Shown: in pieces, positions 1-8,087 of the stretch | Layout of the letters: each line of letters opens with the position of its first letter | Numbering within the stretch: the stretch's first letter is position 1 | Source: an uncultured Erysipelotrichaceae bacterium | GTDB lineage: Bacteria; Bacillota_I; Bacilli_A; Erysipelotrichales; Erysipelotrichaceae | NCBI GenBank assembly: GCA_944326825.1 | Contig: CALVFL010000019.1 | Span: 32,562 to 96,561, forward strand | Direction of reading: 5' to 3' | DNA: 64,000 nucleotides | Translations under genes and position numbers: made by a program | The notes under the pieces: generated by a model | What the model was told of the DNA's origin: nothing | Seen by the model: only the letters and a program-made list of their open reading frames with translations | The model's database searches: none

Positions 1-1
1 A

Positions 2-1642
2 TGGTATTTTGCGTTTGATAATTTCATCTAAAGCCTTATCATCAAGCGAGTCAAGGTAGACAGCATTCAGCAAGGAGATCGGCAGTTCATTGATCTCGAT
101 CTCTTTTTTAAGTTCATTAACACTGTTGCCGTAAGTGATGATCACTAATAGATCATTGTCTTTTTTTAAAGCATAATGCCAGTTTGCATCATTGATCTTG
201 ATGTCGTCTTCTTTGATCTTATAGGCTGAGTTTTCGATATAGATAATAGAAGGACCGTCATGATTCAAACTGTTATCGATGAGGGTATTTATTGAATCAT
301 AAGAATAAGCACTGGCTATTTTGACATTGTCATATAAAGACAAGATCGCATAGGTATCGATACCCTGATGGCCTTTGCCTTCGTAGGCATTTAAAAAGGC
401 ATCGGTCAGGATGATGGTAACTTTAAGATTAGGTTTGATGATATAGTTGAGTAGTTCATCAAAACCTCTTAAAAGATAAAGCGAGGACATCACGATGACC
501 GGCTGATATTTTCTGATCTTAGCAGCGATCAGAAACGAAGAACTCTCATAGATCATCGTATCGATGACTTTACTTCGATCATGCGAGAAAAGAGCTTTAT
601 AAGCATAATTGTTTTGTGATGAATTGATGATAGCGATGATCTTGTCTTGTTTGATGAGATCATGCAGTTTGGAAACGATTATTTCATTAGTATAACGATA
701 GCCTTTGGGAGTAGTGCTTAAAGTCTTGGAAGTATCTACATTAAAGGGTTGAGATAAACTGCCTTCGATCTTAAGACCGCTTTCTAAAGGCTCATAGCCT
801 CTGCCCTTTTTGGTGAGGACATGAATGATGATCGGCTTATCTTCAGTCTTGGCTTTATTTAAAGCTTTGATCAGTTCAGTGAGATTATGGCCGTTGATCG
901 GTCCTTCGTAGTCAAAACCCAGATCGATAAAACGGCTGCCGTAAGTCACCTTGCGTTTGATCGAATTCTTGATCGAAGACATCGAAGAGATCATCTTTAA
1001 ACCCAGATCACTCTTGCCAAGATTTTCCTTGAGATCTTTTTTGATCTTGGAGTATTCACTGGAATAGCGTAAATTATTGACAAATTTAGAGAAACCGCCT
1101 TCACTTTTAGCTTCATAATCAGCATTGTCATTGACGATGATGATGACTTTTTTATTGCTTCTGGCGATGAGTTTTAAATTCTCAAAAGATCTGCCGCTGT
1201 TGATCGCTTCTTCACCGATCACGGCAACGATCTCTTCATTTGTATTATTTAAAGAACGCTCATAAGCCAGTCCTAAGGCAATGCCTAAAGAATCGCCAGC
1301 CCGAAGAGCTTCGTCTTCATCATAAGGTGATTCGTTTTTGGCGATATAGCCGCTGACGCCTTCCATCCGTCTTAGATCCTTGAAGCCTTGCGAGCGTCCG
1401 GTCAGGATCTTGTGGGCATAACAGGCATAGCCGCTGTCAAATATGAAATGATCAAAAGGTGCATTAAAAACATAATGCATGGCTACCGTAACTTCGACCA
1501 TGCTTAAATTGGAGATCAAATGACCGCCGTTTTTAGCTACTGTCTTGATGATGAGTTCTCTAATATCAAAAGACAGGTCATTTAATTCCATTTCGCTTAA
1601 TGTTTTAATAAATTCCGGATTTTTGATCTCGCTTAAATTCAT
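2..1642 (-). CDS. DXS-like thiamine-diphosphate enzyme paralog with degenerate cofactor motifs. The 3' end runs off the window, with 547 codons visible.
   Basis: Absent from the ORF track because there is no stop inside the window. Hand translation from ATG 1642 gives MNLSEIKNPEF..GGHLISNL..DSGYACYAHKILTGR..VIGEEAINSGRSFENL..VNDNADYE..YEGPINGHN..PIIIHVLTKKGRGYEP. The frame stays open to position 2. An AAGGAA SD lies in the ispA 3' end. Confidence 0.8.
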   Translation of the reverse strand, partial: MNLSEIKNPEFIKTLSEMELNDLSFDIRELIIKTVAKNGGHLISNLSMVEVTVAMHYVFNAPFDHFIFDSGYACYAHKILTGRSQGFKDLRRMEGVSGYIAKNESPYDEDEALRAGDSLGIALGLAYERSLNNTNEEIVAVIGEEAINSGRSFENLKLIARSNKKVIIIVNDNADYEAKSEGGFSKFVNNLRYSSEYSKIKKDLKENLGKSDLGLKMISSMSSIKNSIKRKVTYGSRFIDLGFDYEGPINGHNLTELIKALNKAKTEDKPIIIHVLTKKGRGYEPLESGLKIEGSLSQPFNVDTSKTLSTTPKGYRYTNEIIVSKLHDLIKQDKIIAIINSSQNNYAYKALFSHDRSKVIDTMIYESSSFLIAAKIRKYQPVIVMSSLYLLRGFDELLNYIIKPNLKVTIILTDAFLNAYEGKGHQGIDTYAILSLYDNVKIASAYSYDSINTLIDNSLNHDGPSIIYIENSAYKIKEDDIKINDANWHYALKKDNDLLVIITYGNSVNELKKEIEINELPISLLNAVYLDSLDDKALDEIIKRKIP

Positions 1643-1643
1643 C

Positions 1644-2483
1644 TTAACGTTCCTTGATCTTGTCAACTAATCTTTTTAAGTATTCAGTATTAAAGTTTTG
1701 TTTATCCAAAAGTGTATGCAGCTCAGCAAATTCAGTATTTAAAAGTGCAATGAGTTTATCCTTGTCAAAATAGTTTAAAGCGGTCAGTTTAGCATTTTTA
1801 AGATCACTTTGAGAGGGTTTGCCCATCTCTTCAGATGTTTTAATGATATCAAAAAGATCGTCCTGCATCTGAAAGATGCGGCCAAGTTTATGAGCGAATG
1901 TATCATAGAAGTCATAATTGGCTTCATCTTTGGCAATACGCATTCCCATCAGCATCGCGCATTTGAAAAGACAGCCGGTCTTGTAGTCATCGATCTCATA
2001 TAGATCGGCAATATCATTGCTTTGTGAAGCTTCAGCTTCTAAGTCTAAACATTGGCCGTAGATCATGCCGTTTGCCCCGCAAAGTTCACTCAAATCACTG
2101 ATCAGAGCTACTTTGGTATCATTGTTTAGTTCTTTATCATCACAGATGACTTTAAAAGCCGCACTCAATAAACCATCACCTGCCAAGATCGCTGTCGCTT
2201 CATCAAAAGCTTTATGGCAAGAGAGTTTGCCCCGGCGGTAATCATCATCATCCATGGCTGGCAAGTCATCATGGATCAAAGAATAAGTGTGGACCATCTC
2301 CAGTGCCAAAGCAGCATGATAACCTTTTTTAGGATCGATCTTAAAACCTTCAAGCACCGCAAAGATCAAAGACGGTCTGAAGCGCTTGCCGCCAGCCGCT
2401 AAACTGTAATACATCGCTTCCTTGATCCTTGAAGCCTTAAAATGTGAAAAATACTCTTTGATAAAGAGTTCAAAATCATTCAT
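1644..2483 (-). CDS. ispA: Farnesyl/geranyl diphosphate synthase (short-chain trans-prenyltransferase)
   Basis: Asp-rich motifs DDLPAMDDDDYRRGK and QMQDDLFD. Sits in the xseA-xseB-ispA-dxs order. Confidence 0.9.
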   Translation of the reverse strand: MNDFELFIKEYFSHFKASRIKEAMYYSLAAGGKRFRPSLIFAVLEGFKIDPKKGYHAALALEMVHTYSLIHDDLPAMDDDDYRRGKLSCHKAFDEATAILAGDGLLSAAFKVICDDKELNNDTKVALISDLSELCGANGMIYGQCLDLEAEASQSNDIADLYEIDDYKTGCLFKCAMLMGMRIAKDEANYDFYDTFAHKLGRIFQMQDDLFDIIKTSEEMGKPSQSDLKNAKLTALNYFDKDKLIALLNTEFAELHTLLDKQNFNTEYLKRLVDKIKER

Positions 2484-2676
2484 CTTCTTTATCCTCTTTA
2501 GTCAGATCTTCGATCTTCTTTTCATAAACTTTAAGTTTAGCATCTAATTCTTTAGTCAGTTTAAGACCTTCTTCAAAAAGCTTTAAAGAATCATCAAGAT
2601 CAACTTTACCGCTTTCTAAAAGATTAACGATCTCCTCAAGTCTTTGCATTGCATCTTCAAATTTCATCTTCTTCAC
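2476..2676 (-). CDS. xseB: Exodeoxyribonuclease VII small subunit
   Basis: 66 aa helical protein (FEDAMQRLEEIVNLLESG..) that overlaps the xseA stop and the ispA start. Confidence 0.9.
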   Translation of the reverse strand: MKKMKFEDAMQRLEEIVNLLESGKVDLDDSLKLFEEGLKLTKELDAKLKVYEKKIEDLTKEDKEDE

Positions 2677-3988
2677 CTTTGTCTTTCACTATAGCTTCAA
2701 GTCTGCCTTTAGAAAGTCTGATATTTAATATATCACCTGTTTTGACTTCTTTTATATCTTTGATGATTTTGTCATCTTTGGATACTAAAGCATAACCTCG
2801 GCCAAGGGTTTCACTCACCCCATAAGCTTTAAGCAGGATCTGGTTGCGCTTTAAACGATTGACCTCTGTTTCATACTTATATTTTATAACACTATTTAAA
2901 CGATTTAAAAAGATTTGCTTGCGATTGTCTTGAATGGCAGTCATATTCATACCTGATTTTAAAAGCATCTCTTTTAAATGCCGAAGATCCCTCTTAACGG
3001 AAATAAAGACATTTTGATAATTATAAAGCCTTACTTTAAGATAGTCCAAAGACTGGCTTTGCTTATCGGTCAAATAATATCTTTGTTTAAAAAGAGGTCT
3101 TTGCGACAAAGAATCATAGCGTTTTATAGAAAGCGACAATTCTTTATTGACGCTGTTTATAAGCCGTTCGTTATATGTTTTTAACAAAGAGCGGATATCC
3201 TTGATGTCAGGAGTAATCAGCTCGATGGCTGCCGTCGGTGTAGGAGCCCTTAGATCAGCGACGAAATCGGCAATGGTATAGTCCTGTTCATGGCCGATGC
3301 CGGTCACGATAAAGGTCTTAAGGGCAAAGATCTTTTGAGCCAGCTTTTCATCATTAAAAGACCAGAGATCCTCGATCGACCCTCCGCCTCTTGCCAAAAC
3401 GATGGCATCATAATCCATTTCATCAACTCTATCTAAAGTATTGATGATGTCATCACTTGATAATGGTCCTTGCACCAAAACGGGATAGACATCATAAAAA
3501 GCTAAAGGCCATCTTCTTTTAAGACAGGTTTCAATATCGCTTAAAGCTGCCGACTTCTCCCCGCACAAGATCGCTAGACGCATTGGATAGAGCGGACTTT
3601 TTTTCTTGTGAGCAGGATCAAAAAGACCCTGGGCCGCCAATTTATTTTTAAGTTTTTCAAATTCGATATAAAGATCGCCGATACCATCTTTTTTGATCTC
3701 GCTTACATATAACTGCAGCTGTCCGGAACTCACAAAAACGGAAGCGGTGGCTTTGATCAAGACCTTATCTCCATCTTTAGGCAAAAAACGCAGTGTCGTC
3801 GTATAACTTTTAAACATTACACAATTTATTCTCGCTTTATCATCTTTAAGAGAAAAGTAAAGATGGCCGGAAGTGTGTTTATGAAAGTTGCTGATCTCCC
3901 CGCTTACGATGATGTTTCTTAAATTATTATCTGTATCGATGATATTTTTAATATAGTTCAGTGTATCAAAAACACTAAGTGTAATCAT
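2657..3988 (-). CDS. xseA: Exodeoxyribonuclease VII large subunit
   Basis: 443 aa with an N-terminal OB-fold signature VSGEISNFHKHTSGHLYFSLKDDKARINCVMFKS. Coupled to xseB. Confidence 0.9.
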   Translation of the reverse strand: MITLSVFDTLNYIKNIIDTDNNLRNIIVSGEISNFHKHTSGHLYFSLKDDKARINCVMFKSYTTTLRFLPKDGDKVLIKATASVFVSSGQLQLYVSEIKKDGIGDLYIEFEKLKNKLAAQGLFDPAHKKKSPLYPMRLAILCGEKSAALSDIETCLKRRWPLAFYDVYPVLVQGPLSSDDIINTLDRVDEMDYDAIVLARGGGSIEDLWSFNDEKLAQKIFALKTFIVTGIGHEQDYTIADFVADLRAPTPTAAIELITPDIKDIRSLLKTYNERLINSVNKELSLSIKRYDSLSQRPLFKQRYYLTDKQSQSLDYLKVRLYNYQNVFISVKRDLRHLKEMLLKSGMNMTAIQDNRKQIFLNRLNSVIKYKYETEVNRLKRNQILLKAYGVSETLGRGYALVSKDDKIIKDIKEVKTGDILNIRLSKGRLEAIVKDKGEEDEI

Positions 3989-4365
3989 AAACGATCCAAG
4001 ACTCCGTTGATGTATTTGAATGAATCATTATCGCTGTATTTTTTAGCGATATTGACTGCTTCATTGATGATGATGCCTTTAGCATTGACTCCCGCAGCGA
4101 ATTCCGCCGCAGCAACCAATAAAATAGCCTGATCGACATAGTTCAATCGCTTAAAAGACCAGTTGTGAAGAAGTTCGCTGATCTTATAGATATAGGCAGT
4201 TTCATTATCTTTGATCAGTTTCAGAAGATCTTTAAAATAAGGGTCCAGATCTTCTAAACTGTCAACTTCAAAGTTATCAAGGATATGGCTATCCATATCA
4301 TCATGTAAAAGACGATGCTGGTAGATGGTAAACATCAGTCTGATTCTAAGTTCGTGTCTGTTCAT
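3985..4365 (-). CDS. nusB: Transcription antitermination factor NusB
   Basis: 126 aa with RHELRIRLMFTIYQ at the N-terminus and IINEAVNIAKKYS..FKYINGVLDRL at the C-terminus. Has a 4 nt overlap with xseA. Confidence 0.85.
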   Translation of the reverse strand: MNRHELRIRLMFTIYQHRLLHDDMDSHILDNFEVDSLEDLDPYFKDLLKLIKDNETAYIYKISELLHNWSFKRLNYVDQAILLVAAAEFAAGVNAKGIIINEAVNIAKKYSDNDSFKYINGVLDRL

Positions 4366-4399
4366 ACCTACTTATTTTAGCATAATTTTAAAGAATATA

Positions 4400-4408
4400 T
4401 GTTATAAT
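4400..4408 (+). promoter_or_regulatory. Extended -10 promoter element TGtTATAAT for the 4421 gene
   Basis: TGTTATAAT at 4400-4408, 12 nt before the ATG at 4421. No SD lies in between and no good -35 was seen. Confidence 0.4.
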
Positions 4409-4420
4409 TCCTATGGTTTT

Positions 4421-4954
4421 ATGAAAATTATCCGTCATTTTATCACCATCACTTATCATCGCCATCTGGTGATGTGGTATTGTTTCAAAAGCGGCCTTTA
4501 TAAACAAGGTCTTTTGCACGATCTTTCCAAATACTCGCCTACCGAATTCTTTATCAGTGCCAAATACTATTTAGGTTATCGCTCGCCAATCGGTAACGAA
4601 AGAAGAAACAAAGGCTATTCACTGATCTTTTTGCATCATAAAGGACATAACCGCCATCATTTGGAATACTGGTATGATCCTTACGCTTTAAACAGAAGAA
4701 TTTCAATGCCGGATAAATATATCTTAGAGAGTATCTGCGATCGGATAGCGGCGGCCAAGATCTATTTAAAAAAGGACTATACAACTAATAGTCCTTTAGA
4801 ATACTTTTTAAACGATCATCCGATAACTGATTTCATCCTGAAAGAAGAATATGATAAATTCTTTTATCTTTTGACCTATTTAAGCAAAAACGGTGAAAAG
4901 GCTCTTTTTAAAAAGATGAGAGTTATTTTAAAAGAAGGTTTTAAAGATCTTTAG
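4421..4954 (+). CDS. Conserved hypothetical protein. It resembles what I recall as the DUF5662 family, often mis-annotated as catalase. This is unverified.
   Basis: I chose the internal ATG at 4421 rather than the ORF-track start at 4325, which lies inside nusB. Motifs are GLLHDLSKYSPTEF and GYSLIFLHHKGHNRHHLEYW. Confidence 0.6.
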   Translation: MKIIRHFITITYHRHLVMWYCFKSGLYKQGLLHDLSKYSPTEFFISAKYYLGYRSPIGNERRNKGYSLIFLHHKGHNRHHLEYWYDPYALNRRISMPDKYILESICDRIAAAKIYLKKDYTTNSPLEYFLNDHPITDFILKEEYDKFFYLLTYLSKNGEKALFKKMRVILKEGFKDL

Positions 4955-5426
4955 AAATGTTGAGAGTCAGATCGATGCGGTAATCGAGTCTTACCAATTC
5001 AACATTGGCGCTTTGCAGCATTCTCTTAGAAGCTCTTGTCGTTTCAGAATCGGCATACTTATCATCTTCATAGATGATTTTTTTAATGCCTGATTGAATG
5101 ATGGCCTTGGCGCATTCATTGCATGGGAAAAGCGATACATATAAAGTGCAGTCTTTTAAGGAACGGCCGGCATTTAAAATGGCATTGAGTTCAGCGTGAA
5201 CGACATAAGGATATTTGGTATCTAAAAGATCTCCTTCTCTATCCCATGGGTAGACATCATCGCTGCAGCCGTAAGGCATACCGTTATAGCCGATCGATAC
5301 GACACGATGCTTATCATCGACGATCACTGCACCGACACTTGTGTTAGGGTCTTTAGAACGCATGGCGCTAAGATGGGCCAGACCCATAAAGTATTGATCC
5401 CAGCTGATCACATTTTGTTTTTTCAT
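4941..5426 (-). CDS. comEB: dCMP (deoxycytidylate) deaminase
   Basis: Zinc deaminase motifs HAELNAI and PCNECAKAI. 161 aa. Confidence 0.9.
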   Translation of the reverse strand: MKKQNVISWDQYFMGLAHLSAMRSKDPNTSVGAVIVDDKHRVVSIGYNGMPYGCSDDVYPWDREGDLLDTKYPYVVHAELNAILNAGRSLKDCTLYVSLFPCNECAKAIIQSGIKKIIYEDDKYADSETTRASKRMLQSANVELVRLDYRIDLTLNISKDL

Positions 5427-5438
5427 AAGTTCCCCCTG

Positions 5439-6635
5439 TTATTTATTCTGATATACATCATATAAGCGCTCTTCCAGAAAGTCAGCATAGCCATTCATGC
5501 CGAAATCACGATACATAGCGATAACTTTAGTATCAGTACCGCCATATTTAGGTTCGATCAGATCAGTCATATAGACCTTGGCTATAAGTATTACTAATAT
5601 AAAGCTGAATAAAGCGGTAAAGAGCGGATTTTCAAACATGGCATAATAAAGGATCACACCGGCAATAAAACCGCCGATATGGGCGTAAACATCAACACCG
5701 CCCAAGAAATTGATCAAAACATTGATCAAGACGATCTGCATAGTAGCATAATTGTTTAAAGTATGATTCTTATAACCGATCAAAAGATAGATGGCCATAA
5801 GTCCGTATAACCCGCCGCTAAGACCGACTGATACGCCATTGCCGCCAAATAAGATCGAAGTCAAAGAAGCCAAGATCACCGACCCGTAAAGCATGATGCC
5901 AAATTTCAATGATCCAAGCTCTCTTTCAAGATAAGGACCCATCACATATAAAGAAAGCATATTCATCAAAAGATGCATGATGCCCCCATGCAAGAAGGCT
6001 GCCGTTACAAGCCGCCAGAACTGCCAAAGTCCGACAGTAAACATCTCGTAATTGGCCCCTAAAAAGATATAGGTATTGACTTCGCCATAGTTTTGACTTA
6101 GATAATAGCTAACTAAATACATCAAAACACAGATGATCAAAGTCGCATAAGTTACATAAGGTCTGTTCTCTTTAAGGTTTCTTCTTTGGGTTTTGGCTTT
6201 GATGGTATAACCGTTGATCTCGCTGATGATCTCCCTGATTTCTAAATTAGGATCACTTACCGGATGCAAGACATTTTTTAGTCCTGGATAATAATCGCTT
6301 AGTTCGATCCCGTCATAATAGTCGATATCGAGCGCCACGCTGTCATAGCGTTCTTTTTCTAAGATCGTGTCATGACCGATATGGATATCGAGAAAACGCC
6401 CGTTAGTCTTAAAGCGTTTATTTATCAATGCGACAGTTTCATCGATCCGGGTTGCTTCAAAATCGACCTGTTCGATCGAATTGAGGGTCAGACGGATGAT
6501 CGGATAGAAGCGATGAGTCGGATTGAATAACCACATCTCTTCTTTTTTCATGTTGGGTACCTGAGCACTTTTATAAGAAAACTTCATCACAAAAAATGAT
6601 AAAAGCTGATATAACTTATAAAGATTCTGGTTCAT
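5439..6635 (-). CDS. Rhomboid-family intramembrane serine protease with a long N-terminal cytoplasmic domain (GluP/YqgP-like)
   Basis: Motifs HGGIMHLLMNMLSL, GLSGGLYGL and AHIGGFIAG. Start set at ATG 6635 with an AAGGAG SD 7 nt upstream. The longer ORF-track start lies deep in rluD. Confidence 0.85.
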   Translation of the reverse strand: MNQNLYKLYQLLSFFVMKFSYKSAQVPNMKKEEMWLFNPTHRFYPIIRLTLNSIEQVDFEATRIDETVALINKRFKTNGRFLDIHIGHDTILEKERYDSVALDIDYYDGIELSDYYPGLKNVLHPVSDPNLEIREIISEINGYTIKAKTQRRNLKENRPYVTYATLIICVLMYLVSYYLSQNYGEVNTYIFLGANYEMFTVGLWQFWRLVTAAFLHGGIMHLLMNMLSLYVMGPYLERELGSLKFGIMLYGSVILASLTSILFGGNGVSVGLSGGLYGLMAIYLLIGYKNHTLNNYATMQIVLINVLINFLGGVDVYAHIGGFIAGVILYYAMFENPLFTALFSFILVILIAKVYMTDLIEPKYGGTDTKVIAMYRDFGMNGYADFLEERLYDVYQNK

Positions 6636-7536
6636 AGCCTTTCTCCTTTCTTTTGATATATTCTTCCATATAAAGAGGAAGCGGTATCTCAAACTCCAGA
6701 CGTTTATTTAAAGTCGGATGAATGAAACTGAGATAATAGGCATGTAAATACTGGCCGCTGTCATCGATGAGATGAGTCTTGCCGTATTTAGGATCATTTA
6801 AGACCGGATGGTTGATATATTTGAGATGGACCCTGATCTGATGGGTACGGCCGGTCTTCAATTCGAGTCTTACCAGCGTAGAGTCATCAAAACGTTTCAA
6901 GACTTTAAAAAGCGTGATGGCTTCTTTAGAATTCTTGTCGGTGACCGTCATTTTCTGGCGGTCTTTTGGATCTCTTCCGATCGGGGCATCGATGATCCCT
7001 TCATCATGTTCAAAGACGCCTCTGGCGATGGCGACATATTTGCGGTAACACTCTTTATTGGCTAACTGGGCACTTAAAGCGATGTGGGTCTTATCATTTT
7101 TGGCGCAGACCAAAAGACCGGAAGTATCTTTATCGATACGGTGGACGATCCCGGGCCTAAGTTTGCCATTGATGCCGCTGAGGTCATGACAATGAGCCAA
7201 AAGACCGTGCACGAGCGTATGATCATAGTTGCCGCTGCCTGGATGGACGACTAAGCCTTTCGGTTTATTGATGACGATCAGATCGTTATCTTCATAAACG
7301 ATGTCTAGGGGCATTTCGACAGGTCTGATCTCTAATTCTTCCGGTTCATCAAAATAGATGAGGGCCTCATCATTTAATTGTGTCTTATATTTAGAGCTTG
7401 TTTCTTGCCCATTTACCAACACCTTGCCCTCTTTGATAAGACGCTGGATATTGGATCTTGAAAGTTCGCTGTTAGCGGCTAAATAAGCATCTAGACGGAC
7501 ATTTTCTTCAGTGATCAGTATTCTTATTTCTTCCAT
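6616..7536 (-). CDS. rluD: 23S rRNA pseudouridine synthase, RluA/RluD family
   Basis: N-terminal S4 domain plus the catalytic motif HRIDKDTSGLLV. The lspA-rluD order is conserved. Confidence 0.9.
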   Translation of the reverse strand: MEEIRILITEENVRLDAYLAANSELSRSNIQRLIKEGKVLVNGQETSSKYKTQLNDEALIYFDEPEELEIRPVEMPLDIVYEDNDLIVINKPKGLVVHPGSGNYDHTLVHGLLAHCHDLSGINGKLRPGIVHRIDKDTSGLLVCAKNDKTHIALSAQLANKECYRKYVAIARGVFEHDEGIIDAPIGRDPKDRQKMTVTDKNSKEAITLFKVLKRFDDSTLVRLELKTGRTHQIRVHLKYINHPVLNDPKYGKTHLIDDSGQYLHAYYLSFIHPTLNKRLEFEIPLPLYMEEYIKRKEKGYEPESL

Positions 7537-8003
7537 TTCAATTCCTTTATTTCAAATAAATAAGCTAAGATGAATAATATTACTCCGATCGTTAAAAAAC
7601 TGTCGGCAATATTAAAGATCGGAAAATCATAACCGAAAATATAAAAATCCAAAAAATCGATCACATAGCGCAAACGCAAACGGTCGATGAAATTTCCTAA
7701 AGCTCCGCCGATCATAAACATCAGACTGACCTTTAAAACTTTCTCGTCATCTTTGGCTTTAAAGTAGAAGTATGCCAGCATGATCACGGCTAAGATCGTC
7801 AGGATATAAAAGAGATTGAATTGCCCTTCCAAGATCGAAAAACCGGCGCCGGTATTCTGTACATAATGCAAAGAAAAAAAGCCGTGCAATAAGACGATCT
7901 CATCGTTTAAAGGGATATTGGCAACAACTAAAAATTTAGATATTTGATCCAAAAATACCGAGATCAACAAAATAGCTAAATAACAGATATTCTTTTTAAC
8001 CAT
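7524..8003 (-). CDS. lspA: Lipoprotein signal peptidase II
   Basis: 159 aa, 4 TM, with motifs NTGAGFS and FNIADSFLTIG. Confidence 0.9.
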   Translation of the reverse strand: MVKKNICYLAILLISVFLDQISKFLVVANIPLNDEIVLLHGFFSLHYVQNTGAGFSILEGQFNLFYILTILAVIMLAYFYFKAKDDEKVLKVSLMFMIGGALGNFIDRLRLRYVIDFLDFYIFGYDFPIFNIADSFLTIGVILFILAYLFEIKELKWKK

Positions 8004-8009
8004 AAAGAT

Positions 8010-8037
8010 ATTTTAACATATCTTCGCTCTTAGACAA
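8010..8037 (-). promoter_or_regulatory. Promoter TTGTCT-16-TGtTAAAAT placed so that the lspA mRNA would be leaderless
   Basis: On the minus strand the -35 is 8037..8032 and the -10 is 8015..8010. Only 6 nt (atcttt) lie between the -10 and the ATG at 8003, and there is no SD. Confidence 0.45.
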
Positions 8038-8051
8038 GAATATTTATCCAA

Positions 8052-8082
8052 CTTAAAAAGCCAGACCGCATAAGGTCTGGCT
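8052..8082 (-). terminator. Intrinsic terminator after the ABC exporter pair
   Basis: AGCCAGACC-uuaugc-GGUCUGGCU followed by UUUUAAG, 5 nt after the stop at 8088. Confidence 0.8.
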
Positions 8083-8087
8083 GAAAC

